A stretch of 64,000 bases of DNA. It comes from Caecitellus pseudoparvulus (taxonomy: Eukaryota; Protista; Bigyra: Bicosoecida). Both the position numbers and the translations under genes were made by a program. Where the stretch lies: NCBI GenBank assembly GCA_965644315.1, contig CBFFRQ010000040.1:62001-126000 (forward strand), given 5' to 3'. Positions within the stretch are counted from its first letter, which is position 1, and the number at the start of each line of letters is the position of its first letter. Of this stretch, positions 30,894-39,400 are shown piece by piece. Below the pieces are notes generated by a model that saw only the letters and a list, made by a program, of their open reading frames with translations, did not search any database and was not told the origin of the DNA.

Positions 30894-32180
30894 ATGGCCA
30901 GCACCGAGCCAGAACCCTCCCAAGATGACCTTCGGGAGCTGGCCATGAAAGGAAGTCTGCCTGTTGTCTTCAGCTTGGCAGATGCCGACGTCAGCGCCGC
31001 AGAACCCCCAACAGAGGCTCTGGTGCGGAGCGCTGCAAACGCCGCACACCACGCCAAGCTCTGCAAAGCCGCACTCCGCCAGCCTCACCCCAACTGCAGG
31101 TCATGGCGCCACGCTGCCTGCCTCTCAGCCTGACCTACATCAACAGCAAGGTGCAAGAAGTGTTCTCCAAAGTAGCCCCGTCCACGCCCGCTGGCACCGC
31201 CTCCAACCTGTGGTTCAGCGCCGCTGGCGTGCCACTTCGGGACCCAAGCCTGCCCTTTGGCGTGCTGGCAGATGCCCTGCTGCCGGCTGGGCACACGGGC
31301 CCCATCCCAGTCCAAGTGCACCTGTCCAGGCGGGCGTCAGACGTCGTGCGTGTCCAGGCGGCCTCGTGTGAAGGGGCACAGCCGTCACCTTCCCCCCTTT
31401 CCTCCACAGCTGCCAGCTGGTGCAGATGCCGAGAGCAATCGGTTCACGTTCATGAACAGCCTGAAGCAAGGTGCGTGGCCACAGGGGCGCTGTCGTATGC
31501 CCGCCTCGCCTGTATGAGCACGCACGCATCCCCTTTGCGTTGCAGCGATCTTCCTGCGGTGTGGCTCGGACAGAGCGTACATTGACAGTCCCACAGCGAA
31601 ACTGGACGCCCTGTGGAGCGCGATGCAGGAGCAGGAGTGGCGAGGGTGTCACTGGCGCAGCCTCATGAGCGACACAGTGGAGGGGGTGGCGAGGGTCCTG
31701 CAGCGGGCTGGGCAGGAGGCAGAGCAGGCCGCAGTGCCGCCACCCCCAGCCCCAGCCGCACAGCCTGCTGAAGATGCAGATGGCCAGCCGGCTCAAGCGA
31801 CAGAGGCACAGCCTGCTGCGGCGACGGACGCCGAGGCCTCTGAGACTGCCGTGCACAGTGTGCCGCTGCGCCTGCTCTGCCGCGGCGAGAGCTCCTTTGT
31901 GCAGGGGCAGATGCTGTGGCCCGTGCAGTCAGAGCAGGATCTGAAGCCCCTGCATGCGCGGGGCATCGTGGGCGCCAGCAGGTCCCTGGGAGATGCCGTG
32001 CGTGCGCTGGCCGACACAGCTGACTGTCCCAGGATACGCTCCGCCCTGGGCCAGGAGGGTGTGTGCTTCGTCGTGCAAGGGATCGTCGTGCCTGCCCAGG
32101 CCGACCCTGTGGAACTGTACCACACCCTGGCACACCCGGATGCGTTTCTCTATGTCACGGTTGCTGCGCCAGGCGAGTGA
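30894..32180 (+). CDS. ATG5: Autophagy protein ATG5; introns 31023-31099, 31346-31409, 31471-31545
   Basis: GSLPVVF, MAPR, LWFS..GVPL...LPFGVLAD, FMNSLKQA (ATG12-conjugation Lys), VPLRL, VQGI, LAHPDAFLYV. Confidence 0.88.
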
Positions 32181-32515
32181 GCGTGATGCACTGCGTTGAT
32201 GTGGGGGGGTGAGCAAGCGGCGTGTGGCAAAGCAGACGTCCAGAAATGCATATAATAGACACATCCACGCAATCTTAGAAGAATGTCTCTCCCTCCAGAA
32301 CGATCAGTCCGGCTGTGAAGGTGAAGGTTGCTGTGCGGAAATAGCGCCATCCAACACGCCGAAACAGGACGAGAGGCGACCCCCTCAGAGCCGTGTGCGT
32401 GTGTCCGACGCGGCATGGCGTGGCCATAAATCCTAGCATGCATTTCCTCCTCGTTCTCCACGCCACAGGATTGCACGAACACCCTTCCCTGCCGACGACA
32501 CAGACCGCCTGCTTC

Positions 32516-34231
32516 ATGGCTGCTCTGCCTGCCCACGTCCGGCGAGAGTTTGCGCAGCACCTCGACGCCGACGTCATTGACGACCTGCACGCCTCCCTGG
32601 GACACGACACGGCAGCCACGATCAAAGCCCTCCGGGACATGTCTGGCCAGGCCCAAACAGGCCCAGCCTGGGCCAAGCCAGCCGCCCACTCGCAAGCACT
32701 GCCCGGCGCACGTCAGACACCCCGAACAACGCCTGGCAAGCTGGGCACGAAAGGGGCCAAATGGGTGCAGCGTGGGGATGCACTTGTCTCACGCAGTGCC
32801 GACCCCGCCGGCGCAGCAGCGGCTGACTCGCCCGTGGACGCTTGGTGCGCGTCGGGCAGTTTGCCTCCTGCAGTGCAGTTGGCCGTCACGCTGTGGCCCG
32901 TGCCGCCTGCCGATGTGCAGCAGGTGTGGAGCGCCAGCCACGCCCAGCCATCCCAGTGCCATGATGTGCTGAAGGAGGTGTATCCAGACCTCTTTGCCGA
33001 GGCACAGCAGCGCATGCTCGATGCCCTGGACGCCGCCCGAGCGCTGCTGGCGGTGGAGCAGGAGGAGGCTGTCGGCATCTACCGCACCTTGGCAGGGGGC
33101 GTGTACAAGGCGGCCTGCAAGTGGCACGAGGCAGCGGATGCATTGGCTGCCAAGCCGCCTGCGCCTGCACCAGCCCCAGCTCCCTCCCCTGGAACGCGCA
33201 ACAAGGGCCGCAAGGGCCGCCGCAAAGGCCGCCTGCAGCACGCCGCAATGAGTCACTCCCAGCCACACCAGACGCCTGCACCACCCCAGCCCGCCCTCGC
33301 CAAGTCACGCAGCCTGCAGTCCGCCCAAGACCATGCCCTGCAACAGCTCTGCCGTGACCCTGCCGTCCTGCAAGTCCTCATGATTGAGGCCATGGCCGCA
33401 CAAGCTGGTGTCACAGGCATGCACCTGCCAGGCCGCCCCCTCCTCCCAGACGCGCTGCCAGCCCCTGCCCCAGACACCACCCCTGCCCAGCGCACTCAAC
33501 GCACAGCAGCAGCCGCCACCGCTGCAGGCCTCAGCGTGGACCAACGCAGCTCCAAACGGGGCCTCATTCCCCTGCACCTCGCCAGCCGGCCCCGCCAACA
33601 AACGCAATTCGACGCGGACGGCAACCCCATCGTCAAAGGACGCAGGCGGCGCACCAAACACCCACAGCACAGCACACACCGGCCCAAAAGTGCGGACGGG
33701 CCGCTGGACCACGAAGAGGCTCAAGAAGCCTTTGCACAAGAACGGGCCGCAGGCCTCGCTCTCCGGCACGAACGACAGAAACTCATCGCACGTGCCCGAC
33801 GAGCGGGACGCGCCCACGGCCGCTTCGGCGGCGCCGTCGCAGGGTACTTCTGGGAACAGGCCGCCGACCTCAAAGACGACGTGCACAGCGCCGACAGGCG
33901 CGCCTCGGAACGCCTCCTGCGCCGCATGAACCCCGGCCTCGCGCCCAAACGACACTCTGGCCGTGTGGCGCTGTCCGAAGGCTGCACCGTGGACCTGCAT
34001 GGCCAGTACAAGCGGGATGCTCTGCTGTTGCTGCAGCAGGACATCCTGCCCAGTGCATTGGCCCAGAACATCCGCCGCTTCTCCGTCATTGTCGGGGCGG
34101 GCAAACACAGCCGAGGCGGGTCGCACCCCCTGGCCACGGCGGTGGAGGAGGCCCTCCGCCACGGACAGCATGCAGGTCAAGTGAAGTCCTTCCACAGGAA
34201 CGCCGCCACGTACATTGTGGACATGCTGTGA
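32516..34231 (+). CDS. Smr-domain endonuclease-like protein with N-terminal CUE-like helices (Cue2/N4BP2-type architecture)
   Basis: C-terminal Smr VDLHGQ...FSVIVGAGKHSRGG..L..AVEEAL, preceded by a DUF1771-like helix (ARRA...GGAVAGYFWEQA). N-terminal LDADVIDDL....D....I.AL. Start chosen at the best-looking ATG. Confidence 0.75.
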   Translation: MAALPAHVRREFAQHLDADVIDDLHASLGHDTAATIKALRDMSGQAQTGPAWAKPAAHSQALPGARQTPRTTPGKLGTKGAKWVQRGDALVSRSADPAGAAAADSPVDAWCASGSLPPAVQLAVTLWPVPPADVQQVWSASHAQPSQCHDVLKEVYPDLFAEAQQRMLDALDAARALLAVEQEEAVGIYRTLAGGVYKAACKWHEAADALAAKPPAPAPAPAPSPGTRNKGRKGRRKGRLQHAAMSHSQPHQTPAPPQPALAKSRSLQSAQDHALQQLCRDPAVLQVLMIEAMAAQAGVTGMHLPGRPLLPDALPAPAPDTTPAQRTQRTAAAATAAGLSVDQRSSKRGLIPLHLASRPRQQTQFDADGNPIVKGRRRRTKHPQHSTHRPKSADGPLDHEEAQEAFAQERAAGLALRHERQKLIARARRAGRAHGRFGGAVAGYFWEQAADLKDDVHSADRRASERLLRRMNPGLAPKRHSGRVALSEGCTVDLHGQYKRDALLLLQQDILPSALAQNIRRFSVIVGAGKHSRGGSHPLATAVEEALRHGQHAGQVKSFHRNAATYIVDML

Positions 34232-34251
34232 GCACTGGCAAAGCGTGTGTC

Positions 34252-35397
34252 TCAGTGCCAAGCTGCCTTGACGTGTCCAGCGGGACTGCACCGTGATGAC
34301 GGCCTCTGCCTGACCCAACCACCAGCCTTCTTCTTGCCCTTGCCCCGGGCCTCACGCTTCATCCCCCTCAGCCGCTCCTCTGCATCAATGGCCCGCCTGC
34401 GCAGCCCATCCATCGCCGCCTTGGCCCTCCCAGCCTCCGCAACAGCAGCATCCCGCCCCGCGCAAGCCACCGCCGCCTGATGCTGTGCCGCCGCCACCTG
34501 CCGCTCCAGCTCACAAATGCGGTCTGCCTGCTGCGTGTTGCAGGCCACTGCGCGACGCAGCTGCTGCGACAGCCCCGCAATGTGCCTGGCGCTGCTGTCA
34601 GCTGCCTCGCGCTCAGCCACACGCTCAGCCACCTCCCGCACTGCCCTCTGCGCCTTGGCAGCCGCACCACGAGCAGCCCGCACTGAGGCCTTCAACCTGC
34701 TGATCACGGCATCGTACCGCTCCTGCATGGCGCGCACTGCTGCGGCGTTAGCGGCGTCCACCTCCGCCTGTGCTGCCAGCAACTCAGCCACTGCACCGCG
34801 GTGACGTGCTCGAAGCCGCCGTACCACGGAGCGGTGAGCTTGCCTGGCATCGTGCACACTGGCACCAAGAGTGTCAAAGTGGTGCTGCTTGGGCTGGCGT
34901 GTGGGTGGTGGTGGTGCCTTGCTGTGGGTTTGTGTCGCCTTCTGTGAAGGGGCAGCCTGGCTTGCTTGCCGCTGACGAGCATGCCTTCTCCTGGCCCTGC
35001 CGCGAGATGGGCGACCTGATGCGGTTTCTGGCATTTGTTCAGGGTTACTGGGAGCTGGCTGCATGCCATGGCCGTCGGAGATGCTGTGCAGCATGGCCAT
35101 TGCTGCTTCACCGGCCGCCTCAGCCTGCCTCGTGGCGTCCGTGCTGGCTGCGCCACACGAGCTGCTGCTGCCGCCAGAGGAGCTTCCCGAGGCTGGCAGA
35201 CCGCAAGGGGCTGGCTCGTGTGATTTATCGACGGTGTATGCTTGGTAATCTGCACTGGAATCCTGCGCCGATGTGCTTGGGCCGCTGCTCCCTGCGCCTT
35301 GGCGCTGTGCGGAAAATGAGCCCTCCAACCCCTCCCGTCTCTCCAGCCCCTGCACGCTCTCCATCACGCGCAGAATGAGGCGATCCAACGGCTCCAT
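34252..35397 (-). CDS. Uncharacterised coiled-coil protein
   Basis: Long ORF with Ala/Arg/Glu/Gln heptad-rich C-terminal half. Converges on the Smr gene with a 20-bp gap. No family recognised. Confidence 0.55.
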   Translation of the reverse strand: MEPLDRLILRVMESVQGLERREGLEGSFSAQRQGAGSSGPSTSAQDSSADYQAYTVDKSHEPAPCGLPASGSSSGGSSSSCGAASTDATRQAEAAGEAAMAMLHSISDGHGMQPAPSNPEQMPETASGRPSRGRARRRHARQRQASQAAPSQKATQTHSKAPPPPTRQPKQHHFDTLGASVHDARQAHRSVVRRLRARHRGAVAELLAAQAEVDAANAAAVRAMQERYDAVISRLKASVRAARGAAAKAQRAVREVAERVAEREAADSSARHIAGLSQQLRRAVACNTQQADRICELERQVAAAQHQAAVACAGRDAAVAEAGRAKAAMDGLRRRAIDAEERLRGMKREARGKGKKKAGGWVRQRPSSRCSPAGHVKAAWH

Positions 35398-36299
35398 GTT
35401 TGTGGGATTGCGAGATTGTGTTGACGCACTCAACTCTCAAAGAGACAGCGACAGGCGGCGCGAACGGGCTGTAACGGCAGCTGTGCAGATGTAACGGTTG
35501 TGCAAGGTGACGGTGCTCGGCACCTGAGCCTAGTCAGAGCAGCTGAGTGGGTCAGAGGAGGTGCGACATGTGTTATTGCTGGGGGTTGGTGTACACTGCC
35601 TGCTATCTTGGATTTGGTGGCGTGGGATGTGTTGCTGGGGTGGGGCCAAATACAAGGGCGCTGTTGCCCGTGTGCAATCGACTCGGGGCAGGTGGCACAG
35701 AAGTGGGGAAGCTGATCAAATGTGGAGGCATTTTCTGGCGTTCAGGTTAATGGAGCCTGTGTGGGCACTGGGGGCACCGCGAAGCCTGCTCTGTAGTCCG
35801 ATGGTCATGAAGGGTTCTCGAGTGGACGCTCCAATCCGGGACTTGCACACAGGGCAGGCCAGGACAAAGAACTCCAGTTCGAGCATCAATCTTAAGTCCA
35901 TGCCTCGTGTCACAGCTGGCCGTCTGCAGGAGTCGAGCCGAGCTGCGTGGCGCGAAGAACGAGGCAGAATGGAACCCCGTAGAGCTTCTGGACGCGCAGA
36001 GGAAGGAAGCATGCCAACTCAGCAGGATAGGAAAGAGGGCTTAAACAGGGCTTGCCTGCCTTCTTGTGCCTCGTGATCTCGAAAGGAGTCCATGTGTGTC
36101 AGCAATCCACGGGGTGTTGCCAGCGGTTCGCGTGTGCCGATCCACAACCTGCCGCCGCTGGAACACCACGTTGCTCGAGCGCCATGCGGGGCGCACGGCA
36201 CAGAAACCAGCATGCAGACTCAGTTGCGTGGGGCGCTTGTGAACGCAAGTGTACCGATGTGCATTCTCCAAGGCGAACTGCAAAAGGAATGCAGTCCGC

Positions 36300-36313
36300 G
36301 TTTCACGTGAAAC
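36300..36313. promoter_or_regulatory. Perfect 14-bp palindrome GTTTCACGTGAAAC (CACGTG E-box core; identical to the bacterial parS core)
   Basis: Read directly upstream of the LRR gene. Function unknown. Confidence 0.35.
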
Positions 36314-36403
36314 TGTGCCGCCCAGCCCACCAACACCCCCTCCCATGAAGCAGCAAGCATCCAACCACAGTGCCACACATACGAGTGCCGCAAATTACCC
36401 TGC

Positions 36404-39400
36404 ATGAATCGCCTTGTATGCCCCATGCCTCACGCTCCACGCTTGGAGCCAGTCTTTTCAGCCCGCAAACCCGACCTGCAACTTTCCCCAACCTCGGCGC
36501 GGCGCCGAAGATCCATTGAGAACCTGCGGCCCGCTCTGCAGGCTTGGTGCACTTTGACGCGATTCACCTGGGTAAAGCATCATAAATCTTTCCCTTGGAC
36601 GTACAGGTCTTGTTGGTGCGACCGTAGCTCGGACATGATGCAGGGCAGTTCTCGAGTGATGGAAGTACTGCCTGCACGGCACTTGCACCACACACACTGC
36701 GAGGCTCTGTCCTCCTGCCCTTCCGAGCAAGTTTTAGAGACTTCCCAGGGTCAGAGGGGTACTGTGGAGTCCAAGGGCACCCAAGAACGCACTTTGCTTC
36801 GTTCACCCACGATGGAGCAGCGGAGCCAGATCGGGGCTCAGCCAAGGAGGCATGTGCGACGAACGCAGGCGGCGTACTGGTCCAATTGGAGCAGCAGACG
36901 GTGGTGGTCAGGGTGGATGGAGTGGCTGTGGCTTGTGTACATGTCGTCCATCCTGCGAGGGGTAGTGGGTGGCGTTCCTGGATGCTGTGATGTGGAGAAT
37001 GACGTGCTGATGGACTGTAATTCGTGCACAGGAACCAGCTTGACTATATCATACAGTACCATTTCTGGGATCAACGCGAGTGCATTTGACAGCCTCACCA
37101 GCCTCACAGACCTTGTCTTGTACGGCAACGACCTGACCAGCCTGCCTGTGGGAGTGTTTGACAGCCTCACCAACCTCACACACCTTGACCTGAACAACAA
37201 CGACCTGACAAGCCTGCCTCTGGGCGTGTTTGACAGCCTCACCAGCCTCAAAGAACTGGACATGAGATTCAACGACCTGACCAGCCTGCCTGTGGGAGTG
37301 TTTGACAGCCTCACCAGCCTCACAGACCTGTACTTGAGCCACAACGACCTGACAAGCCTGCCTGTGGGAGTGTTTGACAACCTCACCAACCTCACAGACC
37401 TGCACCTGAGCCGCAATGACCTGACGAGCCTGCCTCCGGGCGTGTTTGACAGCCTCACCAGCCTCACAGACCTGCATCTTGGCAGCAATGACCTGACAAG
37501 CCTGCCTCTGGGAGTGTTTGACAGCCTCACCAGCCTCACAGACCTGCACCTGAGATACAACGACCTGACCAGCCTGCCTCTGGGGGTGTTTGACAACCTC
37601 ACCAGCCTCACAATCCTGGGCCTGAGCTACAACGAGCTGACGAGCCTGCCTGAGGGTGTGTTTGACAATCTCACCAGCCTCACAGACCTGCACCTGAGCC
37701 ACAACGACCTGACGAGCCTGCCTGTGGGAGTGTTTGACAACCTCACCAACCTCACAGACCTGCACCTGAGCCACAACGACCTGACCAGCCTGCCTCTGGG
37801 GGTGTTTGACAATCTCACCAGCCTCACAGACCTGCATCTTGGCAGCAATGACCTGACAAGCCTGCCTGAGGGAGTGTTTGACAGCCTCACCAGCCTCACA
37901 CACCTTGACCTGAGCCACAACGACCTGACAAGCCTGCCTCCGGGAATGTTTGACAGCCTCCCCGACCTCACACGCCTGTACTTGAGCCACAATGACGTGA
38001 CGAGCCTGCCTGTGGGTGTGTTCGACAGCCTCACCAGTCTCACTGACCTGTCCCTGACCAACAACGATGCCCTGACCAGCCTGCCAGTGGGTGTGTTTGA
38101 CAGCCTCACTTGGCTCACATATCTTGACCTCACCAACAACGATGCCCTGACCAGCCTGCCTGTGGGTGTGTTTGACAACCTCACCAGCCTCGCATACCTG
38201 TCCCTCACCAACAACGATGCCCTGACCAGCCTGCCTGTGGGTGTGTTTGACAGCCTCACCAGTCTCACTGACCTGGACCTGAGGAGCAACGACCTGACCA
38301 GCCTGCCTGTGGGTGTGTTTGACAGCCTCACCAGCCTCACAGAACTGGACATGAGATACAACGACCTGACCAGCCTGCCTGAGGGAGTGTTTGACAGCCT
38401 CACCAGCCTCACATACCTGGACCTGAGCGTCAATGACCTGGCCAGCCTGCCTATTGGTGTGTTTGACAGCCTCACCAGCCTCACAGACCTGCATCTTGGC
38501 AGCAATGACCTGACGAGCCTGCCTGCGGGCGTGTTTGACAGCCTCACCAGCCTGACATACCTGTCCCTGAGCAACAACGACCTGACCAGCCTGCCTGTGG
38601 GCGTGTTTGACAACCTCACCAGCCTCACAGACCTGTTTCTTGGCAGCAATGACCTGACGAGCCTGCCTGACGGCGTGTTTGACAGCCTCACAAGCCTGAC
38701 ACTCCTGCACCTGAGCAACAACGATGCCCTGACCAGCCTGCCTGTGGGCGTGTTTGACAGCCTCAGCAGCATTGCATCTTTGTATGTCTATGGGTCACCC
38801 TTTTCCAGTTCATGTCCACCCTCATCTCCAGTAGCCATCAACTGCTCCATGCAACACGTCCCCGTGACCTCACACCGTCTGTGCATGTGCAGTGGCTGCC
38901 CCACAGCACCACCAATTACCAACACAACACTCAACTGCCATGAATCGTACAGCTGCTCGACCGCCTCAGGCGACGACTCGTTCATCTTGCATGACGGTGC
39001 ATCTGTGGACTGCTCAGGGAACGCCTCGTGCACGAGTACCATCATGTTCTGCACTCACAGTTCAACACCTACTTCATGTAGCATTTCATGCACTGGCGAA
39101 GGCTCCTGTATAGGCAGCACATTGTATGGTGCCTGGAACTGCCTAAGTGGTTCTTGTCCGACCGTTGTGGATGTTGGATGTGTGCCAAGGCAACGTGAGC
39201 CATTGTCCACTCCTTCGGCAACGCCAAGTCCCACACAGTCCCCATTGCCATCTTCCACACCCAGCGCAACTCTCCAGCAAGCTCAAGCTAGTCCCACTTC
39301 AAATTCGCCATCGGGCACTTCAAGCAGCTCTGGAGCTCCCACTTCATCTCCGTCTGTGACTCCATCTTTGACGCCTACAGTGTCACGTACCGCGGCGTTA

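Noticed and set aside
36731-36739. GTTTTAGAG, the start of the Cas9 repeat/sgRNA scaffold
   Set aside because: Only 9 nt match, with no continuation and no array.
36838-38772. Long antisense ORFs over the LRR array (257, 553, 381 aa)
   Set aside because: Shadow of a stop-free tandem repeat; the translations are repetitive and implausible.
37061-38800. CRISPR-like alternation of constant and variable blocks
   Set aside because: Units are multiples of 3, in frame, and encode LRRs. The variable parts are homologous to each other. No cas genes, and the context is eukaryotic.
37061-38800. DGR-style adenine mutagenesis (variable codons are mostly NNC)
   Set aside because: C-ending codons are the genome-wide preference. 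Invariant AAC/GAC codons sit next to the variable ones. No reverse transcriptase or template repeat in the window.
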